From NCBI GenBank assembly GCA_965240325.2, contig OZ251240.1:806001-870000 (forward strand): a DNA stretch of 64,000 nucleotides, given 5' to 3'. The DNA comes from Rebecca billardiae RCC1528. Lineage: Eukaryota; Protista; Haptophyta. Shown here piece by piece: positions 21,202-32,848 of this stretch (position 1 is its first letter; each line of letters opens with the position of its first letter). Position numbers and translations under genes: made by a program. A model generated the notes under the pieces. That model did not search any database, was not told the DNA's origin, and saw only the letters and a list, made by a program, of their open reading frames with translations.

Positions 21202-23037
21202 TCAGTACTCTGGCCTTGGCCGCAGCTCCTCGACAGCCATTGGCCGGCCGCACGAGAAGTCGCCGCCAAACTCGAGCGCCCCCATGCCGATCGTCGCCGC
21301 GCTGACCGTCGTCCACCGCCTGTCCCGCCTCGCCGCATGCGCACGCGCGTGCTGATGCGTCGGCTGCGTGTAGCCGTTGCCTCGCGCCGTCTCCGCCGCC
21401 CGCATCAGGCGCGCCTGCGCGCGCAGCCAGAAAGCGCGTCGCGCGCACGCACCCGCCTCCGCCGCCGGCTCCTGCAGCGGCCCGGGCGGAGTGCTCGTCG
21501 CCGTGGCATTCCCGCCGCGCGCGACCGCGCCGGCCGCACGGCGCCTGTGCGCCGTGCGCACCTGCGCCACCACGCGCAGCTTGGCGGTGTGCGCCTCCGA
21601 GCAGCCCGGGCTGTCACTCATACCGCGCGCAGTGGGCACGGGCACGGGCGCTCCGAACGCGGCGCGCGGCGCGCGGACGCTCAGCCGCAGCCGGCGCGCG
21701 CCGTCGCGCGAGACGGCGTCCACCAGCAGGCTGCCGTTGCACGCGTTCCGCGGCGCGCGCACGGAGTCCCCGTCCGTCGTGCGGAAGTCCCACCGCAGCC
21801 GCTGCGCGCGCGCGCTGCCGCCTGCGCCTACGCGCGCGCCCAGGGCGACAATCCAAGAGCGAGTGGTCACGCCGCCAGTCTTGAAGAGGCCGCCGACGGC
21901 GAGGACGAACGTGCCGTTCTCCGAGCCCCCCGGGCGCGGCGGGCCCTCGGGCGCAGGCTCGGCAGAGCCGCCCGCCGCCGCCTCGGCCAGCGATTCCTCA
22001 GCCGCGCCTGTCGCGCCCTCGGCGGCCGTTCTGCCGTGCGCGCCGCCGCCGGCCCAGTCCCGACCCAGCCCCTGCACCCACACCCAGCCCTGGGGGAAGA
22101 CGGTGCCGTGGTTGCCCTCGAGGTGCGCGCGCGCGCTGCTCGACGCAGCGACTGTGGGCGCGTGCTGCGCGAGGGCCGCGGCGATCGCCCCGGCCGCCTC
22201 CGCGTCCTCATCGCCCGAACTCCGGTTCGTGCCCAGCCGCGCGTCGGGTGCGGCGGCCGGACCGGCTGATTGGCTGGCGCTCACACCGCTGCCGTCTGGC
22301 ACGCGCACGCGCACGGCCGTGCGCGAGGCGAGCGAGTGCACAAAGTAGCGGCAGGGCAGCAGCATACCCACGCGGCCGAGCCAGCCCTCGGGCCCATGCC
22401 ACGGCCGACGCGCGTCCCACGGCACGCGGCCCTCCGTGCTGAGCTCGACTGCCAGCTCAGGCAGCGCAAACGACGCGCGCGCATGCGTGCCGTTCACGTG
22501 CAGTTCGCCCGTGGCGGCGTGGCCCTGGGCGATGCGCCACGTGAAGTGCGCCGGGCGCGAGCCGTGCGGCCCAGTGAACGGCGCCGACGTCCACCCGCTC
22601 AGCAGCTCCACCGCGTCGGCCGGCAAGAAAGCGCGGCCCACCACGTGTCGGTCGCGCGAGTGGTACTGCAGCATGAGCATGTGCTCGGTGAAGGCGGCGT
22701 GCGAGGGCGCGGAGAAGGAGGCGATGATGACCATCACAACACCCACCTCCGGATCCACCGCGCGGATCGCCCAGCCCTCAAAGTACGGCTGCCGCCGGCG
22801 CGCGCCGCGCGTGGCGTGTTCCGGCGGCACAAGGGCCACGAAGCGCGACCCGCCGCCGCACTGGCCTCCAGTACCCAGGTGATCGCCAACCGATGAGCCC
22901 AGGGAGCCTGAGCTCGTGCTCGCCCGATGATGGAGACGGAACCAGCGCAGCTGAGCCGGGAGTGTGAGTCGCAGCCCAGATGTCGCCGCCAAAGACGCGA
23001 GAGCCAGGAGCACGACGCGCACGTTCATTGTGGCCAT
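21202..23037 (-). CDS. Tocopherol cyclase (VTE1)-like protein with signal peptide
   Basis: PYFEGW, GPEGWLG..LLPCRYFVHSL and AHLEGNHGTVFPQGWVWVQG resemble the VTE1 motifs FFEGW and EKNWGxxFPxxWxWxQ. Hydrophobic N-terminus. Confidence 0.7.
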   Translation of the reverse strand: MATMNVRVVLLALASLAATSGLRLTLPAQLRWFRLHHRASTSSGSLGSSVGDHLGTGGQCGGGSRFVALVPPEHATRGARRRQPYFEGWAIRAVDPEVGVVMVIIASFSAPSHAAFTEHMLMLQYHSRDRHVVGRAFLPADAVELLSGWTSAPFTGPHGSRPAHFTWRIAQGHAATGELHVNGTHARASFALPELAVELSTEGRVPWDARRPWHGPEGWLGRVGMLLPCRYFVHSLASRTAVRVRVPDGSGVSASQSAGPAAAPDARLGTNRSSGDEDAEAAGAIAAALAQHAPTVAASSSARAHLEGNHGTVFPQGWVWVQGLGRDWAGGGAHGRTAAEGATGAAEESLAEAAAGGSAEPAPEGPPRPGGSENGTFVLAVGGLFKTGGVTTRSWIVALGARVGAGGSARAQRLRWDFRTTDGDSVRAPRNACNGSLLVDAVSRDGARRLRLSVRAPRAAFGAPVPVPTARGMSDSPGCSEAHTAKLRVVAQVRTAHRRRAAGAVARGGNATATSTPPGPLQEPAAEAGACARRAFWLRAQARLMRAAETARGNGYTQPTHQHARAHAARRDRRWTTVSAATIGMGALEFGGDFSCGRPMAVEELRPRPEY

Positions 23038-23434
23038 GCCCCCGGCAAATCACGGCCAGTCTGCAAAGTCAGGGGGAGGGTTCCGACGATGCCATCCCGC
23101 CACCCCAGCCGCCAACCGCGGCCGCGCCGTCGGACGGGCCCGAGGTGCAACAGGCCAGGCCGGCGCTCGGGGAGTCCAACTACCGCCTGGTGCTGCCCCC
23201 CGGCGCCGCGGCAGCCGGCAAGCGCGCGGCGACCGAGCCGTCCACGCCGGCGGAGGAGGATGGGCCCTCCTCCGCCGGCGGGAGCGACGCCAAGCCGGCC
23301 AAGCAGGCTCGCACCGCGTCCCTCGGCGAACCCCCCCGTGACCTGGCTGCCGCCGTGCCGCCGTCGCTGGCGTAGAGCCGCGCGCGGCGCTGGCGCGCCA
23401 GACGCGCCCGGTTGGGCAGCGCAGGCACCCTCAG

Positions 23435-23552
23435 CGGCCAGGACGACGACTTCCTCAACGGCAAGGGCGACGACTTCCTCTGCGGCCAGGGCGACGACTT
23501 CCTCAACGGCCAGGACGACGACTTCCTCAACGGCAAGGGCGACTACTCCCTC
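23435..23552. repeat. 21-bp minisatellite (~5 units) in a degenerate, stop-interrupted coding-like stretch
   Basis: GACGACTTCCTCAACGGC(C/A)AG(G) units reading DDFLNG(Q/K)G. Confidence 0.8.
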
Positions 23553-24119
23553 AACTCGGCAAGGCCACTAGGCCGCGCACACCGGCCCGGGCGACCACAT
23601 CCACTACCTGCACTACGGCATCAACTTGAACAGCCTCGGACGACGACGACGCGGGCAACTACATGATGACCAAGGCCGACGACGACTGCAAAACAGCGGC
23701 ATCCCCGGGCGCCTACTACCTCAGTGACCGTGTGATCAGCATCGGTTACGACGACTCCCTCACCCGCGGCCAACGCGCTCCGACATCCTCCATTAACTCC
23801 ATTCAGTACTTCGACAGACGAATCAGGAGAGCTGCGCCCTCGTGCCTGTGTCTTTAAATCATAGAATTAGTCCTGCTCCGGATGCACAGCCGGTCGATCC
23901 TGGCCCGCGTTGCGGCCAGACAAGTCCGGTTGTGCAGCTTCCCGTTGCTACGGCCCTTGGTTGGGACTGGGTCGTGCACGCCTGACGATTGGCCTACTTC
24001 GGGACGGCCGAGCGCAACTAGGATCGAGTCACGTGCATATGCGTGCTATTACAGTACCGCGCAGCCCGCGCAGCGGTGCAGCGGTGCATGCATTGTATTT
24101 GCATTGCGGTCGATCACCA

Positions 24120-25136
24120 TCATCGACGTCGGACCGAAGGCGGCGTCCATGCTGTGCCGGGCCCGATGGGCGCGCCTGCGATGGATGTGGGCGTGCACGA
24201 TCTCTGCGCCGCGCTGAGGGCACGCGTGTTCACCGCCTTGCGAAGAATCTGCGCGTACACATCGTCCTCGGCCCCGATGAGCGTCCGGAACGCCCTCGCC
24301 ACGTCCGGCGGAGGCGTGCCCTTGCCCTTGCCCTGGTACTCACTTTTCTTCTGCGGCAGCGGCGCGGCCTTGGCTGAGGGCGGCGCGGGCGGCCAGCCGA
24401 AGCTCGATTCGAGCCAGCGCGACATGGAGGCGAGGTCGAGGGCAAGGCACTCCTGCCGCAGCGCATACACGTGCGTCGCCTCGCCCAGAAGCCGCTTCCG
24501 CACGTCGGTCGGCAGGTAGAAGGCGTGCCCCATCCCAAAGTGGCGGAGGCGCGCGCTGCGCGGCGCGTGGTGGGGCGACATGTCGGCGAGCATCTCGCGC
24601 AGCGTGTGCGCCGCCGCATCGCACGGCGTCCGTGCAGCGCGCGCGTGCCCTGCACCCGCACGACCGCCGGACCGCGCACTCCGATCGGCGGCGACCACCG
24701 CCCTCATCAGCGCATCCAGCGTCGGGAAGCATCGGTACGCTTCGCGCGTGAACTGCTCTGATCTGGAGCCGCCGTGCTCGGGGACGGGGCGGCGGAGATC
24801 CGTGCGGTTCGGGTGGCCCCAGTTGTAAGCGCTCACCATCCGCGCATACGGGTCACGCACGGAGATCACGATGGGGCTGCTCGGCAAGAACGTCGCCAGC
24901 TGCTCAGGCTTGAGCGGCTGCAGATGGACTGTCACGTAGTGGCGCGCAGCGTCGCTCGCGTTGCCGACGCATCGGGCCACCTCAAGATGGATGTAGCGCC
25001 GCGCGGTGGTGCCGCCCGCCTTGCCGACGTGCACGTACAGGAGTGGGGCGCAGCGTCTCGCCGCGGTCGCGTGCACAGCGCCGTGCACGACTGTCATGCA
25101 AAACAGCCGCATCAAAGATGTGCACAACAGCCGCAT
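24120..25136 (-). CDS. Sulfotransferase-family protein (Sulfotransfer_2-like, Golgi type)
   Basis: 5'-PSB motif LLYVHVGKAGGTT and 3'-PB motif VISVRDPYARMVSAYNW; hydrophobic N-terminus. Confidence 0.75.
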   Translation of the reverse strand: MRLLCTSLMRLFCMTVVHGAVHATAARRCAPLLYVHVGKAGGTTARRYIHLEVARCVGNASDAARHYVTVHLQPLKPEQLATFLPSSPIVISVRDPYARMVSAYNWGHPNRTDLRRPVPEHGGSRSEQFTREAYRCFPTLDALMRAVVAADRSARSGGRAGAGHARAARTPCDAAAHTLREMLADMSPHHAPRSARLRHFGMGHAFYLPTDVRKRLLGEATHVYALRQECLALDLASMSRWLESSFGWPPAPPSAKAAPLPQKKSEYQGKGKGTPPPDVARAFRTLIGAEDDVYAQILRKAVNTRALSAAQRSCTPTSIAGAPIGPGTAWTPPSVRRR

Positions 25137-25320
25137 CAAACTGCCGGAGGCCGCCAGCCATTGCTCTGACTGCGCACTTGCCAGCTGCCCAGCTTGCCTT
25201 GGTGAGCAGTCTGCAGCCGGACCGGACCGTACCGGACCAACCCGGCCTATTTCATTCCTTTGTTGGCACCCGGACGGCTGCGGAGCCCGTCAAAGCGGGT
25301 ACATTTGATTATTACGGCCC

Positions 25321-25415
25321 GCGCCAGTCCGGTAGCCATGCCCCCCCCACTCTGAACTCCCCGTCGGAGCGTGTGGCAGCAAGGGCGTTCCCGGGATCCT
25401 GCCACACGCGCGTGA
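25321..25415. mobile_element. Junction of two foldback-1-family ends (truncated inverted end abutting an intact CAAGGG end)
   Basis: 25321-25379 is largely the reverse complement of ~14892-14953; 25380 onward repeats 14874-14902 directly. Confidence 0.6.
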
Positions 25416-27059
25416 AAAGCAAAGCCCCCGCTGCGCGGTCTACCGGGCGCCCTCGCAGCTCCCACTGGGGACGCTCGGCCGAAAAATGTGTCGGCCATGG
25501 CGCGGAGCGCGTGGGCGGCGCGCGCCAGATCCAACGCCAACGCGGACATCGCGCGGGGATTCCCGAGACGTGTTTTCGCCCGATTCGCGATTGCTGCCCT
25601 CGTCGTCTCGCGTGCAGGTCGAACGGGGGCCAAAGTCGACGCGTTTGGAGGTACGCTCGGCGCGTCGACACGATCGTGCGACCTGGGGCGGTCCTCGCCC
25701 GACTTGCACGTCGAGCGCTCGCACCAGCTATAGCATCAAGCGCTGCGCACGATGGCCGCCTCGCTCGCTTCACCGTCGCGCGTCGGGCTCGGTGCGGAAA
25801 GGCCCTCATCACGAGGTGTCTCGCGGGCGGGAAGCGCCATCGCACGCGACGCAAGATTTGGCGCGGCCTTCTGAACTCGATCGCCGGAATCCGCGCACCG
25901 GACTCAGTCGTCGCTCGCGGTCCCTCAGCCGAAGCCCACGTCCGGCCTGCATGGCGTCGACGGTGACCAATGCGACGGAAGCGCAGCGCCAACGGCGTAC
26001 GACGCGCAGCGGACGCACCTCCCGGGTCTATCGCCGTGGCAGCAACCGCGTCATCGCGAGTTGGCGACCCTCGCCGCAGCGCGACACAGACAAGCCCGTG
26101 ATGCCATCCGCAGAGAGATGAAACGTCGAGCATGCAACATCGACGCGCCATCCTCGTCCATGGCGCAGGCGCTGCGGGACGAGGCGGACGTCGTCACGCC
26201 GGTGACGGATGCGCTGCGATTCGTGTGCCTGCGTGAGCAGCTCGTGCCCACTCTCGATCGCGAGTGGCACACGCTGTCGCTGTGCGCGCGCGCGCGCACA
26301 ACCAACAGCTCCTCGTGCCGCCAAACACGCGGGCGCCAGACCTGTCGAAGATGCGAAGAGCGACGACCGCGTGAACGTCAACGCGCTCGGCTCAGCGTGG
26401 CGGCCTGGTACGATGTCAACGCGACCTGCGCCGAGCCCATCATGCCCGGAGTGTGCCGCACATTCCCTCGTGGGTGTGGGCCTCGCTGATGCGCACGAAC
26501 GCGTACCGCACCGCGTGGGAGAACAGGAACTTCAACTTCACAGGTGTCACTGGTCGCTGGTCCGACTGTCCGTCACCCGGCCACGAGCGAATGCTGTGGA
26601 AAGACGCGAACCCGCAGAGGAAACATTGCGACAGCACTGGCACGGCCCGCCGCCCCCGCGCCCCCCCCGCCCGCCAGGGCACAGTTTTGGAATTCTGCCT
26701 AATATTTACCCCTAATAAAGCTGTGTTGGCACCAGTAGAATAATAACTAGGCTGCATGTTCTGCCCCGCTCGTCCCGGGCGGGCGCGGCCGGCCCACCGG
26801 GCAAAGGTCTTGAAAGTATCATGCGGGCACCACCGCATTGACAAGGACACAGTCTCGGAGCTTGCTCGCCTGGCAGTCGTGCCGGGCCGCCGGCCTGCAC
26901 TTTGACCGGCTGTGAGGCGGCTTTGAAGAGTTCTGCAAAGTGTTGTTCGGCCCCGCGCGACCGTGCGCTCGAGGTCGGCGCGTTGTCATAGATCATGCAG
27001 CTGGCAAGGCCAACGCCGGTCATAGCGCGCGGTTGGCAAGCCCGACCCGCGCGCCCTGC

Positions 27060-27358
27060 ACGTGCTCGAGCTGCGGCGTCATCGTCATCTCATGCTGAGC
27101 TGCCATCGTCCCTGTCTTGCCGGCAGCCGAAGGGCGAGCTCGAGCGGCGGTGCGCGGCCGCATCCGAGGCGAACGTCAGCGGATGTGCAGCGAGACGGTT
27201 CGATGCCAGCACGTGCTCGAGCTGCGGCGTCGTCATCTCATGCAGCTGCCATCGTCCCTGTCTTGCCGACAGCCGCCAAGGGCGAGCACGACGGCGGCGC
27301 GCGGCCCGCATCCGAGGCGAACATCAGCCGATGTGCAGCGAGACGGTTCGATGCCAGC
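27060..27358. repeat. ~150-bp tandem duplication (2 units)
   Basis: ACGTGCTCGAGCTGCGGCGTC...GAGACGGTTCGATGCCAGC occurs twice in tandem. Confidence 0.85.
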
Positions 27359-27722
27359 TGGACGATCATGGAGCAGTGCATGTCCCTGCAGAGCTGGCCG
27401 TGCTCTGCGGCGGGCCGGCCGCTGCCGACGCCGACGGACCGGACGACACGCCGCAGCGCTGGGACGAGTGCTGGCTGGACCATCCGAACGCCCGCGGCCG
27501 CGTCGCGCGAGCGAACGCTCGTCGACTTTGACGGCATCCCTGTGCCCGCCGGCTCGACCGCCCCGATAACGCCGACGTCGCGAGCACACCATCACCCAAA
27601 GGTTGAGCGCGCGGGGCGCAAGGCACCGCCGCCATCGCTTTTCGCTCGTCGCGCCCAACCACAGTCCGGACACATGCAGTCCGGAGCGCGGCAGATGTCG
27701 ATCTGGCAGATGTCGATCTGGT

Positions 27723-28829
27723 CAAGGGAGGTCCGGGCCGGGAGCTCCCAGCGAGCGGCCAGCGCGACGTCACTCCGAAGTTTTCCCTGAGCGCCGGGCG
27801 GCGGCGGCGGCGAGGGCGAGTGCTCCGCTGGCGGGGCGCGCACGGGGCACGGCGCAGCGGGCGCGGATGTGCCCGCAGAGCCGGCGCGTGCGGACGGGCT
27901 GTTGCGAGAGAGCATCTGGCGCCCTCCTGCGCCGCGCGTCTTGCGCCACGCCTCTTTCGCCTCGGCTCAGGGCAGCGCGCACGTGCGCGCCGCCTCAAGG
28001 CCATCCTTGCCTGCGCCGCAGCCGACCGCGCGCGCGCCGTGCGCGGCGTGGTCGGGAAGGAACGGGCGCTGCTTCCGGGCGAGATGGCGACACCATACGC
28101 GCACGCCATGCCGCCCCGCCACGCCTTGACGACCGTGTCGTTGGTCCGTTTGCATGCCTCTTTGACTTGTCACAAATGGCGTGCACAGCCTCGCGGTAGT
28201 GACCCTTGTCAGGACGATCATTGAGACGCAGAACAGTGCCAGGCGGGCGCGCGGGCTACTCTTACATGTATGTGAATCACCGCATGATCATGCAGAAGTG
28301 CTGGATGCGACGCTTTCCTCGCGCTGATGCTCTTTCATCATCTTCTTCGAGCTCAGGTCTGGCTTGGCACGACAAGCGATCAGCACTCGTCAACAGCTGT
28401 GCAGATCTATTGCCGTGCCCTGTCGCGGCATCGCGGGGCGGCATGGCGTGCGCGTATGGTGTCGCCATCTCACCCGGCAGCAGCGCCCGTTCCTTCCGGA
28501 CCACGCCGCGCACGGCGCGCGCGCGGTCGGCTGCGGCGCAGGCAAGGATGGCCTTGAGGCGGCGCGCACGTGCGCGCTGCCCTGAGCCGAGGCGAAAGAG
28601 GCGTGGCGCAAGACGCGCGGCGCAGGAGGGCACCATATGCTCTCTCGCAACAGCCCGTCCGCACGCGCCGGCTCTGCGGGCACATCCGCGCCCGCTGCGC
28701 CGTGCCCCGTGCGCGCCCCGCCAGCGGAGCACTCGCCCTCGCCGCCGCCGCCGCCCGGCGCTCAGGGAAAACTTCGGAGTGACGTCGCGCTGGCCGCTCG
28801 TTGGGAGCTCCCGGCCCGGACCTCCCTTG
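27723..28829. mobile_element. Foldback element 2: ~397-bp TIRs, 7-bp TSD ATCTGGT (P-element/Galileo-like, non-autonomous)
   Basis: CAAGGG...CCCTTG termini; arms 27723-28119 and 28433-28829; ATCTGGT at 27716-27722 and 28830-28836. Confidence 0.85.
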
Positions 28830-29261
28830 ATCTGGTGCTTAGTCCCGAAAAGGCTGAAAAAGTCTGAAAGAGTGCAGATTATTTTTCGCCAGATTTTTTG
28901 CGGTCCGGGCGCACTTTTGCGCACTTCGGCCCGAGCGAGCGAGTCGCGCTTCAGTACACTGCAGATAAGTTCTATCAAGGGGAGAGTCGTTCTATAGATT
29001 CTTCGCCGACCTGCAGGGCGAGTGAGCTGGAGGGCGGGTGCGCAGTCTGTACCATACAGTTTACTATGTCTTAAAGTGCGCACACTTGGTTAATTAAGGC
29101 GTGAGTGACGCCATCCATCACACTGCACAAAGACGCCGCCACAAAAAGACCGGCGCAGGCAGGTGATGGGCCGCCCGGCGCAGCCTACCATCTTTCCGAA
29201 CATCAACATTCAGGCATCAAGGCCCATGCCCACCAGCGTGACGACGGAGCTGCGGCATGCC

Positions 29262-30850
29262 ATGGGTGTCGCGCTCGTGACGATAAGCCTGCTGGCGTCG
29301 GGCGCGGCTGCCGGCTCTTTCGAGAACTACCCCCTGTACACGATGTGCATCGCCAACCCGTCTGCGTGCACAAGCCTCACTGTGCGTGTCCCGGCTGTCG
29401 CGCGTGCGACGAGGCGCCCACGCCCATCGCGACGGCGCGGCCAACCCTGGCGCATGGCGCGCGAGCCGGCGAGCGGCCATGCCGCACATGCATGCGACGG
29501 CAATCGGCATGCGCTGCCGCGAGGAGTGATGACGCGCTCGCCGCACGGTCGCCTGGCCCACCATGTGCGACTCGCGACGCGCGCCGTCGGCACGTGCGCA
29601 GGTGGACACGTCAGCCCTCACGGGCACGATTCCAACTTACATCGGGACGCTGTTCAACCTTAATGTTCTGTACGCGCACGGCGCGCCGCGCGTGGGGGCA
29701 GCCAGCCAGCCAGCCAGCCAGTGAGCACGCAGCGGCGATAGGACGCGCACCCGTGCCAGACTGCACGTGTCCTACTGTCCTCTGCCGACCAACCAACCGG
29801 AGGATGGATGGCAGTGGGCAGCCGCTGAGAAGCCAGACGGCCACAGCAGCGCTCGCGCCGTGCTCGTCTGCACGCAGTCGTGCGGTCGGCTGGCAGTAGG
29901 CAGCTGCGACGAATGGGAAGCGTGCGCTGACGCGGCTTGCCAGTCCTTACCTGCCCACTGTGTTCGCACGCCACGCGCTGTGCAGGCTGATGCAGTTTAA
30001 CTCGTTGTCTGGCACCCTTCCAAGTGAGTTCGGCCTCTTGACGGCTATGACGAGCATGTACGCGCGACCGCCCTTGGCGCGACCATCACCGAGAGCCTGC
30101 CAGGGGTACTACTGGTGGTTGTGCTACATATTCTCGCCAGCCACGCGCGCGCACATCGCAGCGCTCGCCCTGCCGAGCCTGACTGACCGCCCACTCACGT
30201 GCTATGCGCTTGTGCACGCCACCACGCGCTGCGCAGGTCTTTGAACTTCAACTCGTTCTCTGGCACCCTTCCAAGTGAGATCGGCCTCATGACGGCTCTG
30301 TCGTTCATGTACGCGCGACCATCACCGAGCGCGGGCCAGGGGTGCTGCTGGTGGTGGTGCTACATATTCTAATATATTCTTGCCAGCCACGCAAGCGCGC
30401 AGCGAGGCGCTCACCACCCTGCCGAGCCTGACCGCCCACTCGTGTGCTGTGCGTTTGTGCACGCCACCACGCGCTGCGCAGGGATGTGTCCACCAACTCG
30501 TTCTCTGGCACCCTTCCAAGTGAGATCGGCCTCATGACGGCTCTGGGTCTAAATCAAATGTACGCGCGGCCGGAGGGATAGGCGGGGCCGAGAGGCGGCT
30601 GCGCTCGTGCATGAGCCTGTCCTTGCGTGCCCCTGGCGATCCGACGTCGCGTCACGCTTGCCATGCCCGCCGCTGACGCTGCCACGTGTTCGCCTGTGCC
30701 TTCACCCCGTCACCGCGCATTGGTACCATCGACACTTGCTTGCAGGGATGTCTCCTCCACGCAGATGTGGCACCCGGGTGGCACGCACGGCTATCCTGCC
30801 GTCACGCCGGCGACGCTCCCAGACGCACCGTCGCCGCCGCCCTCACCCAC

Positions 30851-30892
<42 letters not shown>

Positions 30893-31250
30893 TTCGCCTC
30901 CTCCCTCGCCGCCGCCGCCGCCGCCACCGTCGCCACCACCGTCGCCGCCGCCCCTGCCGCCACCCGACTACTGCGTGGATCGTCCCCTCTTCTGCTTTGG
31001 GGTGTGTGCGCGACTGCCCTGCGTGCGCTCTGCTGGCCCCGCCCTGCCTGTGCGCCATGCGCCCAGCGTTCCAGGCGCGTGCTTGCACTGCGCGCCCGTT
31101 GACGCGCGCCTTCGCCCCCTGCTCCGTCCCACTGCCGCGCCCACCGACGTGCAGGTTGGGCTGGCCGCGCGCGATGTCGTGTCGACCACGTTCACTCGAC
31201 TTCTGTGCAAGACCACCTTCCTGCTGGGCGGCGCAGCGTGCGCACCTTGA
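29262..31250 (+). CDS. Small secreted LRR protein with one-LRR-per-exon structure and Ser/Pro stalk; exons 29262-29381, 29602-29669, 29986-30057, 30237-30308, 30482-30559, 30746-31250 (a further 3' intron is possible)
   Basis: Signal peptide MGVALVTISLLASGAAA; Cys cap CIANPSACTSL; LRRs LTGTIPTYIG, NSLSGTLPSEFG and NSFSGTLPSEIG x2; all introns GT-AG; then SPPP repeats. Confidence 0.8.
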
Positions 31251-31756
31251 ATCAGCACGGGTCGAGACAATCTACTGTGGCAAAGCCGGCTACTTCCTCC
31301 TTCGCTCCGTCCGTGATCCGGCCCAAGTGAGGTCAACCGTCAAGGTGGAGAGGTCAGTAATTTGTCAGCCTCCTGGCCGGCCATGCACCTGCAGGTGTTA
31401 AAAGCGCTGCGGGACGCTGCAAGCAAACCGCGCGCGCATTCTCCACTGTCTCCCAACTACGGCTACGCAGCAGATCGTCGCAAAAGGGCAGAGGGGTGTT
31501 CCACCTGGGGGCGTGGAGCCGTGCGTGTCATGAAACTGTGCTGAGCACCGAGCGACTGCCAACTGGCCAGCAGAATGCGGACGGCGCGCCGCACAGTGAC
31601 CAGGTCAGCACGAGCCAACCGACGGCGCGCGGCGGGCGGACGATGTCATCGGTCGCAGCGCAGTGATCGGCTGCCCCGCCGGCCGGGCCCGACACACGCG
31701 AGCGGGCGTACGTGCCAGCCGCCATGATCGTATCATATATTGTCGTCATAATAATA

Positions 31757-31842
31757 TAATGACGGCCGCGGTTCGATCGCGGTCCTTCGGCCGTAGAAGC
31801 AACGTAGACGGGCAGGGCCCGCGGTACGTGCACCCTCCGCCT
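31757..31842 (-). mobile_element. Diverged hairpin-end of the Helitron2-like family
   Basis: ATGAC(GG)CGCGGTTC(GAT)CGCGGTCCTTC..CGTAGAAGCAACGTAG..GGGCCCGCGGT(ACGT)GCACCCTCCG aligns to 18005-18070 with small insertions. Confidence 0.65.
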
Positions 31843-32649
31843 GAGCACTGTTGTCTGACAACAAGTAACGTACATACATCGATAAGCTAGTTCGCCTGTT
31901 GCGTCCGTGCCATCACCGCCATCAACTGTCTGTCCGCTGACCGCGCCGGCCCACCGGGCGGGCCGGCCGGGCGGCAGCCGGCCTCTGCCGATGATTCCGA
32001 GCCGTGCTAGTCCGCGCCGATGGAAGGCTCGCTCGCTAAGGCACGTCGCCGTGCCTGCAACTCAGCGGCCGATGCCCGGCCAGGGGCGCACGCCCGCGCT
32101 GGCTGGCTAGTCCTCCAGCCCGAGGTTGCGAGTAGGTGTTGGCTCAAGACACCGCCGTACGAAGAAGCCTGGTACCGGCTGGCGGCTGGCGGAACAGACA
32201 GATGCCAAACATTCCGTTGCCGCCACCCGGCAGAGCCTGCTGCGGCTGCGGCCAGCCGATGGTGGGCAGGGGTGGCTGAGCAGGCTGCTGACCGCGCGAC
32301 TCGTTTGCCGCCAGACGTTTGCGTTGATCTGCCGCGGATGATCGCCTGCGCGTCGACCGGCCTTGAAACGCTCGACTCCTCACTGCTCGTGTTGACGCCG
32401 AGCGTGAGCACGCGCCGTGAGCTGCGTGAGAAGCTCTTGGCGGCAGGGATTTGCTGGTCGGGCGGCATGGACTCGGCAGACTCGACGGCCGGGCAGCAGA
32501 GCCTGCCGTGCCGGCCGCGGCGACGAGGCCGCCTGTGGTCACCAACGACCGCGCCTGGTTATTGACTTCGGCTCGGGGCCACCGAGACGTTTCAACTACG
32601 GAGCTGGGGGGGGGGGGGGGTGATGGACTGGAGCTAGAGCCGCACATCG

Positions 32650-32848
<199 letters not shown>

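Noticed and set aside
26770-26995. Possible Tc1/pogo transposase remnant (MIYDNAPT...)
   Set aside because: Only a short motif resemblance; no other catalytic motifs could be confirmed.
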